Shown piece after piece: positions 1-13,885 of a stretch of DNA of 64,000 nucleotides. Made by a program: the position numbers and the translations under genes. The notes beneath the pieces are model-generated. The model ran no database searches, was not told the origin of the DNA, and was given only the letters and a program-made list of their open reading frames with translations. The DNA comes from Podarcis melisellensis (lineage: Eukaryota), in the NCBI GenBank assembly GCA_964234715.1, contig OZ174275.1; one strand, 5' to 3'. Each line of letters opens with the position of its first letter. The first letter of the stretch is position 1.

Positions 1-268
1 GCTTTTTCAAATTCTAAGTACACAGTGTCAACTGGATCATCTCTATTTCACATATATTGCACAGGAGGCAGAATAGCAGTTGCTGGAAACCACAGGAGAA
101 AAAAGTGCTCTTGTGCTTGAATCCTGCTTGCATGTTTTCCAGCCACTGTTCAGCCACTGTGAAAACAAGATATTGGACTAGATGAGCCATTGGCCTAATC
201 CTGGGGGTCCTTCTTATGTTCTTATGTTGCCCTGCATCACACCAATGGTTTCCTTTTCCTTTAATTAG

Positions 269-2757
269 CACAAGTGGCTCAGACAGTTCCCAGTCAGATG
301 GCCCCCCTGCACATTTGCTCAACATGGATGAGAAGGTGAGAGTTATTCATTTTTTGGTGAACAAATCTACCTGGAAAAATATAAAAACTTCAATATCCTG
401 GTCCCTTGTAATGGAATGGGGACACTAACCTTACTACAGATTGGGTTGCTATTGATGTTAGTGGCTCAGAAAGAGACCATTACAGGAGATGTGCATTTTG
501 TTACTGGAAAGAAAAAATGCACATATTTCAAAGGATTTAATGAAAAATGGAAAAAAAATTGATTGATGAGGCTTTTTTATTTTGTTGCTGTATCTGTTTT
601 CTATAGTTTATTTTCCTCATGCTTTTTGAACTAATTTATTGTCAATGAAAAGTATGCTAGTGGTATTGTAATCTATGCAAAGATGGTTTTTTTCAATACT
701 AAGCTTGTTTTGATACTAGCAATTGAAATTCTACATTGTATACTCACACTGCCTGTTTTTGGAAAACACATTTCAGCAAGTTCTTTTAAACATGCCTTAA
801 AAGGCTAGGCATTTCTGCAAGAGAAGGAGGTGCTTTCCATTTGTCTTTTTCTGTTTAAAGGACACAATTAATATCCTAGTTCTTCAGTGAAATAGCAAGG
901 AGTGCTCAGTCTCTAAATATTTTTAAAATCTACACACACCCCATAGTTGAGTTGATTTTGTCAGTTGTTTTCTGTGAGATGCCTTTGAGACCTGTTTCCA
1001 CATAGCAGTTGCTAGAGTAAAACATGCATGAACTGGAAGGAGAATTGCATTTTCCTGCCAATAATATAGTGTGGTTTTAGTGCTGGGAAAATGCAGCCAC
1101 AAAATTTATATTTTGAATGAAGATAACTGGACTGCCTGCAACAAATAAGTAAAGCAGGCACTTCTGTCTTTCGGAAGATGACAATTTGTACAAGCCCTAA
1201 GAAAACTATGCTACTGGTTGCTATTGGAGCCTGGATAGGTAACTTATTAGGACTATGCTGTGAAAAAGAACAAGAATTATACTGTGGGTGGGACTTAAGA
1301 ACTGAGCAGAAAAATACAACAAACACTGGGAGATAAGCTGTATTTCCTATGCTTGTTGACTCAGAAGTAAATACAACTGTGTTCAACAGAACTTACTCAA
1401 ATGTAAGTGTGCACAAGATTACAGCCTAAATGCCACAGAGCAATCTCAATAATTTCTAAATTATTATTTATTTGGAATCTAGGAATACTTTGGTCGCTGA
1501 AGGAAATAGAAATGGACTTTAAGGCCTGGTTTGCATGTCACACTAAACCATACCATAGTTTAGCATGAACATGCAGGTGTACAAGCTGTTTGAGGGGAAA
1601 CCATGGCTACTTTGCTGCTCCCTAGTCATTCTGCTGCTGTGCAAAGCTACGGTTTGGTTTAGCATGCTGTCTGAACCCAGGCTCATGCCTTAGCTCTCTC
1701 AGACAAGCCATAAGACAATCAGTTGCAGCTTGTGATTAGCAGACTCTCCAAGTGTCCCTATTTTCCAGGGACGTCCCTGATTTAGAGAAACCATCCTGGG
1801 TTCTGATTTGATCCCGGAATGTCCCACTTTTCCTTAGGATGTCCCTATTTTCAGTGGAGAAATGTTGGAGGGTATGGAGTTATCTGATCCCCCAGCCATC
1901 TGAAGGCAATCCTGTATAGGGAAGGTTGTTTAATGTTTAATGTTTACTATGTTTTTATATATGTTGGAAGCAGCCCAGAGAGGCTGGGGCAACCCAGTAA
2001 GATGTGTGAGGTATAAATAGTAAAATTATCATTATGGAATGGGATGCCCTTATTTTCACTGGAGAGAACTAAACCACAAGCCTGGATTTGGCAAAATGTT
2101 ATGCCAAGCCACGGCTTAGCTCAGGATTGCAGATCAGCAGAATGACTAGGGAGAAGCAAAGTTGCTGAAATCTCCTCTCGGAATCTTTATGCTTGTTTAG
2201 TTTAGTTTAGCATGCAAACAAAACCATTGTTTGACTGCATTTAGGTGGTACCGTATTTTTTGCCCTATAGGACGCACCGTCCCGGGGGAATTATTTTTTT
2301 TCCCCAGGCGCGGGGCTGGGGCGGGGGAGGCCCGAGCTTCCCCCGACCCCAGCCCCCAAACAGGCAGCTCTCTGCAAGCCGTGGGAGCCCAGCACTGGCT
2401 CCCGCTGCTTGCGGAGAGGTCCGCGAAGCCTGGACGCGCTGATCTCAGCGCGCGCAGGCTTCGGCATGCAGGCAACTCCCCGCAACCAGGCTTCAGTGAA
2501 AGCCTGCATTCGCCCCATAGGACGTACAAACATTTCCCCTTCATTTTTGGAGGGGGAAAAGTGCGTCCTATAGGGCGAAAAATACGGTAATTGGGAACAC
2601 TTTCACAATTGTGTTGTTATGTTTTTATTCTCTGAAGGATTTTAATGAGAAGAAGAAAAAGAAGAAAAAGAAACAACTCAGAACAAGGAAGGAAAGGAAT
2701 GAGTTGCATCAGAAACTTACTCTGAGTCAAACACCAAAACATAAGAAAGATATGCTG
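269..2757 (+). CDS. AGBL2: Cytosolic carboxypeptidase 2 (AGBL2/CCP2), internal 3' exons; 5' part of the gene is outside the window
   Basis: Exons 269-335 ((S)TSGSDSSQSDGPPAHLLNMDEK) and 2638-2757 (DFNEKKKKKKKKQLRTRKERNELHQK...) have AG/GT ends and compatible phase. They resemble the recalled human AGBL2 segment STSGSDSSLSDGLPVHL...KKKKKKSLQTRKQRNE. AGBL2 lies directly upstream of MTCH2 on the same strand in human. Confidence 0.8.
2251..2587. mobile_element. Non-autonomous Tc1/mariner-pogo-type MITE, family A copy 1
   Basis: TIRs CCGTATTTTT(T/C)GCCCTATAGGACGCAC, TA on both sides, CpG-rich interior. Related copies at 24932 and 62097. Confidence 0.85.
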
Positions 2758-4490
2758 GTAAGAGGCAAATTAAAACAGACCAGATAAGTGCCTTTGCTGG
2801 AGGAGGACAGCCAGCTAGAAATGTTTCCCAATGGAATGCAGTTCAACTGTTTGGATATTTCACTAGTTTTCTGTCTAGTGAGTGTTGCTTTTTTATTATT
2901 CCTGTATTGTTGAAGTGGTCTAGGTTATTCTCATGACTGACACTTTTATGGGGCTGAATGAGACCCTTGCCTGAAGCCTCAGGCCATGGGTGACAGATCA
3001 GTCCCTTTTCTCCCCCCTCACAGTCCCACCCCATCCCCACAAGTGATTACTCTTACCTCCCCAGTTTTGCTCACATCATCCTCATTTTTTGTTTATTGTC
3101 CTACACAGTAAATTGATGGTGCGCTGCCTCCATACGTCTTTTAAGTTTGGTGCCACTCCTCCTACTCCTCTGTTACTGGCCATAGCCAGCCTCTACTGAC
3201 TGACTGGTCACTTACCACACTACTGTCCTGCAGCAAGCCTGGTCAGTGCTGCTATTTCTTGAGAAATCTAGGTGGGTCACTCATTGTCTCATGGAAAGGT
3301 CTGGCTTTCTTGGGCTGCCAGGTGGCAACAGGGGTTGCCAGTGCTTGTTGGGTTGGCTGTCTGATACTGTCTCCTGACATAACTTAGTAGAGCTTCGTTG
3401 TTAGAAAGATAAGCAGAAGCTTCTCATCTTCCTCAGTCCTTCATCATTGACATGACTGCACTAACTAGCCTGGGCAAGACATGTAGTGGTTTGGGAGGTG
3501 CACTTTTTAGAGTGGAAGATTTTTGAGGTCCTACATGCCCCCAAATCTGGCTGTTCAGCCAGCTACCTCACTCTGTCACTTTTTGGCTCTACAGCCAGCT
3601 TGTTTCCTGCTTTGAACATTAAGTCTCCACACTCCTTTCCCACTTTCTGCTGGCTGGGAGGGAGTGCCAGTGAGAAAAAAAGTGGAGGTGCTGGCAGCAT
3701 CCTGCCTCTTTCTGTGCCTTTGGTTTTCCTGGATTCACTCCTCCAGGTAGAGCGTGCTAGTTCAACTGAGCAGCAGAAGGGAGAGTGAATGAGCAGGTTT
3801 ATTGCTGTGTTTTGTGCAAGTCCATAGCAGCAGTGGAGGGAAGTGTGTGTTCCCATGCCTATACACCTACCTACCCCAGTCTGACTTAATGGCAGAAGGA
3901 GACTAAGAGAGAATGCTTCTTTCTTATTCCTTACACCTCTTCTTCTTTCCTACCTGTACTCCTTCTCTTCTTGAAGCCATTGACCTTGCAACATTGTCCA
4001 AATAAGAAAACTTCTGACATGTGAAAGGGAAGAAGGGAAAGAGAGAGGACAAGTGTGTGCCAGAATCCAGACAATGATGTTTCATAGCTGTGCTATCCCA
4101 ATAGCAGACTATATATAATCACACACTCAGCCAGTTCCTACAGACCAGCTTCAGTCTTGTTCTGCACCAGAGTAGAGCTTTCATAGATCATAGTCAGCTT
4201 CATCAGATGCAGTCTTGAAGGTGCCACAAGACTCCCCCTCTGGAAAATTTAGTGTATGAGGAATAATAGAGAGCAAGAGTGAGAGAGCTGCTGTTGTCAA
4301 ACAATACCATGAAGAACTTTGGCAGTGGTAAACATAAGTCAGTGAGTGTGGGTATGGCAATGAATATGCCATGCTCTATGTCTTTCACATTGTATCTGTC
4401 AACAATGGGGCATGCATAACCCAGCTGTAGAGGGGTACCACTGAGCCTCTTGGGCTTGTTGATTAGGAGGTCAGCTGTTTGAATCCTCAT

Positions 4491-4792
4491 CACAGGGTGA
4501 ACTCCTGTTGCTCAGTTCCAGCTCCTGCCAACCTAGCAGTTTGAAAGCATGCCAGTGCAAGTAGATAAATAAGTACCGCTGTGGCAGAAAGGAAAACGGT
4601 GTTTCCGTGCACTCTGGTTTCCATCATGGTGTTCCATTGTGCCAGAAGCAGTTTAGTCATGCTGGCCACATGACCTGGAAAGCTGTCTGTGGACAAATGC
4701 TAGCTCCCTCGACTTGAAAGCGAGATGAGCACCGCAACCCCATAGTTGCCTTTGACTGGACTTAACCGTCCAGGGATCCTTTATCTTTTTTT
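4491..4792 (+). mobile_element. Sauria-SINE-like element, 5'-truncated
   Basis: CTCCTGCCAACCTAGCAGTTTGAAAGCA...AGTAGATAAATAAGTACC...CCTTTA(C/T)CTTT tail; similar to the inverted copy at ~60071-60357. Confidence 0.75.
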
Positions 4793-7700
4793 GTTAACCT
4801 TCTAGTGTTTGTGAGAGAATATGGGGGCAGGACAATAGATTATGTTGGAAATTAAGCAGTGTGTAGGAGTGATGGCTAATCTCTCTCTGTTTATGAATGA
4901 GAGGTGTGTGAGAGCACCCTGAATATGGCAGAGGCACCATTTACTGCTCTGCCTCAGGTAGCAAAATGTATTGGGCAGCGCCTCAGTATTCTGCAGAAAC
5001 AATCACTGTTTTGTTATAATTTGTTCGTGACTTCTAAGGCAGCCCACCTATTAGCCACACTGAGCCCTTTATCTCAGGAGGTGGATTGGGAGTAGAGAAT
5101 CTACATGCTCCTTCTGGCCTGGCCACCCACCCACCACCATTTTGCCTGCTGCCACCAGCCTGCCCAGCTTCCAGCTACCCTCCTGCTGTCTACTGTGCAG
5201 CAGCCAGTGGCACCCACTACCTAGCATTTTAGGAACACCACTGCTTTTCCACTGCAGTGCTGAGTTATTCTGGAATGTCCTTCCTTAGTGTAAAGCACCT
5301 CGGGGAAGGTGACCCCAGAGAGCATCTGTGCCTCCCCCATTTTTGAACAGCAAATACTGTTTAAAGTTCAACTGTACGAAATAGAAAAGTTTATTAATGG
5401 CACAGGATTGCTGTGAGGAAGCAGGTAGCCTTTTTAGTGTCAAACACATTTTTTTTAAGGGGTCATATGAATGATCTGTACCTAAAGGGTACAGTAGGAG
5501 ACCTTACACCTAATTTTTTTAAAAACTCCACGATTATAAATGTGACATTTTTAAAGATTACAAAGCAGAGTGGGGATGAAGGTAGTTGTTCCTTGTCATC
5601 ATTATGGGCACTATCCACTATACCCTTGCAGGTTAATTATAGTTCCTTAACATCCATCTGTCCAGCACACAGCTGTTAACATTTCTTATATGCTGTGGTC
5701 TAATTAACTAGATTGTGATTCATTAGTAGTGGTAGTAATGATAATAGTAGCAAGGGTTGCCATATTTCAAAATATGGCAGTGGGTATGCTGTTTTTCTTC
5801 AACTGTCAATAAGTGGCTGCCTACTCTTTTCCTAGACAGGAGATAGTTTAGTTGCACATATAGCAACGCCATCCAATGCATACCTAAAGGTTGCATTCAA
5901 TGGTATATTTTATAATAACAGAAGATTATTTAATCCATTGGAGGCTTGCCTTAGCCAAGTTAGGGGGAGATTTTTGTCAATTCCATCACTACAGTACCCA
6001 TGCCACCTGCACATAGTGTTTGAAAGGGTCATCCAATCCACTGGAACAGATTTTGGAGGCATGTAGGGGTCTGCAGGAAGAAGGTGGAATCAGCACAAAT
6101 TGGTTCTATCCTCATTCCATTGACAGAAGTAGCCACTGAATCAAAGAGCTTTCCACCAGCAGGAGTGACACAGTTGGATATGACCCTAAGATTCTGTCAT
6201 AATCCCCCCTCTTTACAGAAAAGCATGGGGGGTAATTGCATTTTGTAGACTGAAATTCACTACGATCTACTTTGGATGTGAAGAGTTCCATATTTAATCC
6301 CTGATTATTTTCAGAAAAATAATCTCATAGCAAGGCTGAAAAAAAGATCTGCCTGAGACCAGGAAATGTTGCTGCCAGAGTAAACAGGCCTGACTCAGTT
6401 TAAGAAGGTTCATATGTTCAACTAGATACACCAAATAAAATAAATACATAAGTCAAACAAAAAACAGGAGTATTCTTTCACAAAGTGTTCCATTTATAGT
6501 TGTGTCTACACTAGGGTGTCAATATATATATGGGGCACTGTTCCCATGTTTGTGTTGTGTGTGCCTTCACACGCTTTCATACTGTTCATAAGTATGACAT
6601 GCACTGATACTACTATCATTTTGGCACCAAGCCAAGATATATTTGTTTACTCAGGCATTTTAATTTTTTGTTTTGTTTTAATTTCTTTCTCTGCTTTGTT
6701 TGTTTGTTTGGCTACCTCTGTGCATTTTTTATGAGTTTGTTCATTGTTTTATTGATATGGTTATTATAGTTTATTTTCTGTTGCAGCCTGTCCTTTTATA
6801 AGAATTGGAAGGGCAGGCAGTAAATATTTTAAATTAAGAATATATCATACACAAATGATAAACTCAAAGACATACATTTTCTTAAAAGACAATACAGAAA
6901 GAACGCAAAACAAGGCAGTGGTGTAGCTAGGGCTTTTGCAGTCACTGAGTTTGCTGCCTCTCTCACTGTTCATCATCTGTGAGCCCCACCTCCATCAGCT
7001 ACAGAGCCTGGCAGCCTGTGGGGCAGTCCCTTATGATGCAGGGATGGTGGGTTAAGATGAAGTGCTGACTCCTCTCCACCATCAGCTTCAGTGCAGCTGA
7101 AGCCCGACTTCCACTTAAGACCATCAGCAGACCACATTAAGAGTCCCAGAATGGGGCCCAGTGGAGGCTGAACTGGGCAACCAAAGGATCCATTGGATCC
7201 TACACAAGCATACTAAGATTAGAGATCTAATTTGTGTTTCTCTACTGTTCCAGCTTGGTGCAGCAAAACCTCAAGAAAATAGCCCTTCCCACCATCCACC
7301 CTTCACTGCAGGAACCAGAAGAAATTCAAACTGACAGTGGATCTCCCACTCTCATCACCCTTCAGGGCACAGTTAGCATTGTTCTGTAGGACTGGAGAGA
7401 TGTAATTTCAGATATTCAATCAGCCACAAATTGACCATCTGACCTTGGGCCTGTCACTATTTCTCAGCTTATCCAATGGTCAATGGTATTTTATTTTCAG
7501 TGTAAATGAGACTCTGCTTTTGTAGTTGGCTGTATACACATGGCATAAACATGTAAGTTGCCCTCTAGATCCAAACACACACACACACACATTATAAGCA
7601 AGCAATACTCCAAAGTGCTTATCTTCTAAACTTGCCATTTAAATGGTTTAATCCTGATAAAAGATCCTGTTTCCAAAAAGGACAGGAGATGGTAGTCTGA

Positions 7701-10444
7701 TCTCTTCACCACTTTTAATTGATCTCTGAGACGTTGAGGGGAGGAAAATAATAAGGGGGTTGGCTGGGCTGTGTGCACATTATTGCTTACTTCAGCTTTG
7801 CTTGGAGGGAAGCCTTCCCCCAACCCTTCCTCTCTCCAGGTTTTCTCTCTCACACAGTTGCAAAACCAGACTGGGCAGCAGCCCATCTTCTGCTTCACGG
7901 GGAAAGGGGAAGGAGGATCTGCAAAGGAAAGGGGAAGCAGAATCGCTACGGGGCACCAGGCACCATCCTGCCAGCAAAGTGCGGCTAGAGTTAGTTGCCA
8001 GGTGAGAGGAGGCGCAGCGAGGGAGGATGACGGAAGGAGCACACATCCACCCCACCAGCCAAGCACCGCCTGGGGTGGCCTGCCCCCTGTACCCCTCCCT
8101 AAATATGCTACTGAAACAAGACAACTAAATGGCACATTGTAGGTCATCAAAAAGAGGCATCTACTTTCTTATTTCCTGAAAATTGTGGGAGGGTGTAATT
8201 AGATAGGAAGGCAATCTGCCTGTTCTGTAGCCAGCTCAGCTTGACATGCCAAAGATTCATCACATATACAGAGACAATTTGATCATTAGCATTTGCCAAT
8301 GGCACAGGGAGATGGGACCAGAGGTGTAAATCAATTTCTTTGGCTTTCTTGTCAGATGGTGGGAAGGGGCAAACCTTCGCTGCAGATGTGAAAGAGTTGT
8401 TTTGAGTGGATGTGACCTACAAGTAGTTTCTGGATTCAAATAAGTTCCACTGAGGGGGCAAAAAGTGGAGGGTACTAGCTTCTTGCTGCAATAGCATCAA
8501 TGGCATTAGATAACTGACTTCTTTTATTGTATCTGCTTGTGAAAGAGGAAGCCAATGAACTTTCACCATTGTGTCACCCTGTCCAGTACTCCAAATCTGT
8601 TAGTATTAGTAGCAGGTTGTGAGGCCCAGACAAAACCATGCCGATGTTCTTTACCAACTGCTGGTTGGTCATCCTGATCTGGTTAATGGATCTGTAATCA
8701 ATGAAATGACTTTATAAAAAAGATATTGGTGAAAGGACATTTTCATTATTTTGCATTTTAAGACCATTAGCAAGGATTGTGTTTGAAGAACTCTAATTGT
8801 CAAGGCACATTATATCAATAGACCACCCATATCCAACTATTTGAATTGATTTAGAATGCATGATGTTCCAGAACTCATGTTTATTATATTGATCAGATGG
8901 CAGGTATACATATTTGCCTATATGTACAATATTAAATTGATAAATGTTCACTTCTGTAACTGCAGAGACTATTCAACCTTCAACCATGTGTGAAGTATCT
9001 TGTGCTGAATGGGACTCTCTCTGTGTGACCGTTTCCTCCTCTGAATTTCTCGACTTTCCTCTGCTTTTCCTGTTTGAGTGGAATAAGGAGTCTCTGTTAA
9101 GAGACCTTGGACAGCATCCCATTGAATCCTTTCACTGTGATTTCAGAGTGAGCCAAGATACCATCTCTCTATTAAATTCCTTTAGGAAAGCACAATTTCT
9201 CCAAGTGTTGAAAAAAATCATAGCCTTTCCAAGAGATCATGGAGAGACAACAGTTCAGAACAGAAGAACAAGCAAATGAATCAAGTACTCTGTGTGTGTC
9301 AGGTTGGTTTGTGGAATCTAATTTTCTGTTACAATTCGCCGTATGCTCAGTGCCTTTCAGATGAAATTTCTAAGTGTATTAGTACACTAAAGAACTGCAT
9401 TACACAATTCATCTTGGAGACTGACCCATGATATGAATAATAAAGGAATGTGCTTGAAATAAATATTTGAAAAATACTTTAAGGAAATGTTAGATTGGAT
9501 ATAGTGTTGAAGCATAAACTTGTTCCCTTTTGAGTGCATATGTTGTAGGTGGCTGCACAAAACATATTGCCACACTACGCATAACGTTTTATCTTAATTA
9601 CTAAAATAACATGTGAGCGGTGGACCATTTCAGTGGTTATTTGGCGACCATACATTTAGAGAGCTATAACAAGAATTTAATATAGGGCTTTGGTTTTCAA
9701 CCAGTGTGCCGTGGCACTCTGGAGTGACTTGAGAAACGTTCAGGAGAGACGGGGGAGCTGTCCTTTCATTAACTTATAGCTCATATCTTCCTTCATTATC
9801 TCTCTCTTTCCGTCTTAGGAACATTCAGGGGAGCTGGCAGCTTTAACTTGCAGCCCATTATCTTCCCGAAATAAAACAACAGCAAAACTGTTTATCTTCT
9901 TAAAATCTTCCCCCCCAACAAAAATCCTCCTCTCAGCTTCACTAAGTAACAGTTCCTTAGTTTTACACAGAGGGCTTGAGAAATGCAAGAAAATAGCAAA
10001 GTAGCTTTATGGTGTGTGTGCCAAGATGTGTGTGTGCTCTATAAGAAGGGATTTAAAATAACCTTGAAAGTGTCTGTGTTTCCCTCTCCTACCTCCAACA
10101 TCCCTCCCTCCCTCTTCTTCTCTACATCTCGCCACAGGCATTCCCCCTCTTCCTTAACAGTCACCAAACTTTATCAGGACAGGGAGAATGTTGCAGAAAA
10201 GGACAGTGTCAACTTACACAACACTGTCAAACTGATAGTTATGTAAATTCAACTAACAAATATACTCACAACGTAACTAGCTGTGTTTAACTATATAAAT
10301 TCCTTATACATCATATAAACATAACTCTTTTCACATTATCTAATTGAGTAGAAGAAATTAAGGACCAACATTTAGAACAGGAAATAAAAATAGATCAGTT
10401 CTTATATACATAATGTCCAAATAAAAGGTTTTGTGTTCCACGTA

Positions 10445-10791
10445 CAGTGGTGCCCCGCAAGACAAACACCTCGCAAGACGAAAAACCCGCTAGACGAAAG
10501 GGTTTTCTGTTTTGGAGGCGCTTCGCAAAACGAATTTCCCTATGGGGTTGCTTCACAAGATGAAAAAAATCTTGCGTCCCCCCGTGGGTTTTTTTCGCCC
10601 TTTTCTTAAGCCGCTAAGCCGCTTATCAGCTGTTCCGCTGATAAGCCGCTTAACAGCTGATCGCTGGAAGCCGCTTGACAGCTGTAGCGCTAATCCGCTA
10701 AGCTGTCAATGGGCTTGCTTCGCAAGACGAAAAAACCGCTAGACGAAGAGAATCGCGGAAAGAATTCTTTTCGTCTAGCGAGGCACCACTG
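10445..10791. mobile_element. Tigger/pogo-like MITE
   Basis: TIRs CAGTGGTGCC(C/T)CGC, TA target duplication, internal GCAAGACGAA repeats. Confidence 0.85.
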
Positions 10792-12738
10792 TATGTACAA
10801 AGGAATCAATTTTTTTAAGCATAATGTCCAAATAAAAGCTTTTTGTGTTCCACGTATGTCTTAGTGAATACAAGTGTCAAATGCAACAACTTTAAGGAGC
10901 AGGCTTGCAAAAGATGAACTTTTCTTTGTAATGTTCCACATCTGCCTTTGCAAAGTAGGGTTGCTGTATGCAGGTATCAGACAAAGGATACGAAATATCT
11001 TAACATGTGCCTTTGCAAAATACAGTTGTATGCCGGTGTCAGACGAAAGAACTTAAAGCGTGACAAGGATTCCCGGAATAATAACAAAATATTTCTCCTT
11101 CTGATGTTAATCTTGTTTCGCCCTCCCTCCTCCCATTTGCACATTACCGGTAATTTAGGAAAAGGCATGCTGGGGATGGCTTGCGGGATGCATCAGCTCG
11201 GTCCTGCAGAGCAGTGGCATTACTTGGGTTCCCGCCGACACATGCGCTCCCACTTACACGTGCCCCAAAAAGGGCACTGAAAAGGGGCATGGCGGAATGG
11301 AGTGGGGGCGGAACGGGGAAACCCCCACTTATGCATGTCCTTTAATGGAACCCCAGTGTAAGTGACTTCCACGGAGGAGCAGCAAAAAGAACATGGTTGG
11401 TCAAGGGAGCCGTGGACTCAAGTTGAAAACCACAGATATAGGGTATCACAAAGATGACTGACATCACAGCATATAAGAAACTACAAAGAGAGATGCTTGA
11501 ACCAAGAGCTCTTTTAATATTGCCAAGGAAATTTAACAAGATTAGAGGGCTGATAAAATGCTTTGGAGAAATCCTACAGTACACTTTGGACACACCAAAG
11601 GGAGATGAGAAGATATAAAAATAACCAAACTTTACTGTCAACAGTACTAGAAACCTTAGCACCTAATATAGCTAGTGGGCATTTACTGGAAAATATGTGT
11701 GGAGGGAAATAATGGGGTAGGAACACTTACAAAGGAAGTCCCTTGGGTTTGAGTGCATACTTCTGATATGAAAACACTGAGAAAAGGATAAAGAAGGGAT
11801 CACTGCTTCCCAACATGCAGCAAAACAGGCATATGTGTGATCTTCACATGATAGATGTCCACAAGTGTACTATACTCTTTCCTATACTTATGCAAACCAA
11901 TGTAAGAAAAATGCTGCCTATGAGGTACATCAAAATAAAGTGGTGTTGGAGGCTTTGAGGTAAGTATCAGTCCATACTGAAAGGTAGCCTTTTCAGCATT
12001 GCTTAGCTTAGTTTTTGAATTGAATAAAACAAATACGTGATCAAAAGCAGAAAACAGACCCTTGCAAAAGGACAAAGGCAATCTTCCTGGTTGACTGAAG
12101 AGAAGAAAGTCTGTTTATCTATGGGAAAGGTAAAATAGGGTACGGAAATGTTTTGGTGAGCAACACCTGGACACACATGGGCAATGAATGTGCCTACATG
12201 GTGAAAAAAAAAAGACATAGGGTGCACTTTAATACTCATTATGAGGCATACATAAAAATAAGAAAGTCAGATACTGATTTATTCTCTACATTTCTTTTAT
12301 ACAGAACCGAAATCTAGAAAATTCACTCTCTACATTTGTGCAAGAAGAAAATGTAGATAAGAAGTATCAAGGTGAGGAATCTATCCTTACACACATTGCA
12401 GAAAATGGCTTTTTTGGGGGGTGTATACATGTCTGTGTTATGGTGAAAAGAAAGTTGTGGCAGACAGGAGCCACTACCATGCCACCATGATTAACTATTA
12501 TTGCTTTATAAATACACAGACATGATGGGGACAGAAGGCAAAAGTTTACTCCTTTTCCCTAATTTCCAAATTGCACCTGTAGCTAGGCCCATGTAAATGA
12601 AGTGATAAATTTCTCTGGATTACATTATAATCAAAGCCTAGTCCAATTCTCATCTAAGGGAAACTAAGTGTCCACTGCCCTTTTTTTACAGTGGTGTACA
12701 TGAGCAAATATATGGATATGCACCTGCTTTTTCATGTA

Positions 12739-12988
12739 CAGTGGTACCTCTGGTTAATTCGTTCCAGAGGTCCATTCTTAACCTGAAACTGTTCTTAACC
12801 TGAAGCACCACTTTAGCTAATGGGGCCTCCCGCTACTGCCATGCTGCCCCTGCGCGATTTCTGTTCTCATCCTGAAGCAAAGTTCTTAACCCGAGGTACT
12901 ATTTCTGGGTTAGCGGAGTCTGTAACCTGAAGCATATGTAACTTGAAGCATATGTAACCTGAAGTGTATGTAACCCGAGATACCACTG
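12739..12988. mobile_element. Tigger/pogo-like MITE
   Basis: TA-CAGTGGTACCTC...GATACCACTG-TA with internal TAACCTGAAG repeats. Confidence 0.85.
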
Positions 12989-12990
12989 TA

Positions 12991-13172
12991 CAGGCAACGG
13001 CCAACTGACGTGTGATTGCACACGCGCACAGTTCCAAACCCAAAAGTGACCCAAAAATGCCACTAAAATATCACTAACATAGTGGAATAGGGGTGGGGTG
13101 AAAAACTTTATGCAGGCCCCACTAACATGCAGGGGATCCTGAATAACCTCTGTGCAAAATGAGGATTGCCTG
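12991..13172. mobile_element. Second, older TA-flanked MITE abutting the previous one
   Basis: TA-CAGGCAA...TTGCCTG-TA terminal inverted repeats; shares the TA with the upstream MITE. Confidence 0.55.
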
Positions 13173-13514
13173 TACTGTACTGTATATATAAACAGGAATT
13201 TTAAAACAGTTTTTGTATACTCCTAAGTACAAGGCAGAGGATGGCATATATTTCTGACAGGGGAGTGGCATCTGTAGTTCGTTAAGGGTACTGGGATTTG
13301 TAGCTCTTTGAGGGGTCAACTACAGTTTCCAGAATTCTTTGGAGGATGTTATGTGCCTTAAATGTGTGTTGAATGTGCCTTGAAATGTATAGTGTGGATG
13401 TGACCATGTTGCTGCTTTTCAGTTAATAATTTCAAGGTTAGCAAAAAGTGTCTTTCAGCCATCAAATACCTGGATATACAGAAACTTTTTAAAGTTCCAT
13501 CTGAAAGTTAATAA

Positions 13515-13885
13515 TTAATTAATTAATAATACCCCACCTGTCTAACTGGTTTTCCCCAGCAACTCTGTGCGGCTCCCAACTGAATATTAAAAACACAATC
13601 AAACATTAAAAACTTCCCTAAACAGGGCTGCCTTCAGATGTCTTCTAAAAGTTGTGTAGTTTTTTTATTTCCTTGACATCTGATGGGAGGGCGTTCCACA
13701 GGAAGGGCGCCACTGCCTGGTTCCCTGTAACTTCTCGCAGTGAATGAACCGCCAGAAGGGCCTTAGACCTCACTGTCCGGGCTGAATGATGGGGGTGGAG
13801 ACGCTCCTTCAGGTATACTGGGCTGAGGCTGTTTAGGGCTTTAAATGTCAGTAACATCACTTTGAATTGTGCTTGGAAATGTACA
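13515..13885 (-). mobile_element. L2-type LINE 3' fragment
   Basis: Degenerate ORF2 C-terminus (QFKVMLLTFKALNSL.PVYLKERL, APFLWNALP) plus AT-rich tail. Confidence 0.7.

Noticed and set aside
7626-8150. Cluster of overlapping ORFs on both strands
   Set aside because: GC-richer, probably repeat-derived segment with no protein motif.
10445-12988. Short periodic repeats resembling CRISPR-like arrays
   Set aside because: They are internal subterminal repeats of TA-flanked MITEs in a vertebrate genome, with no repeat-spacer regularity.
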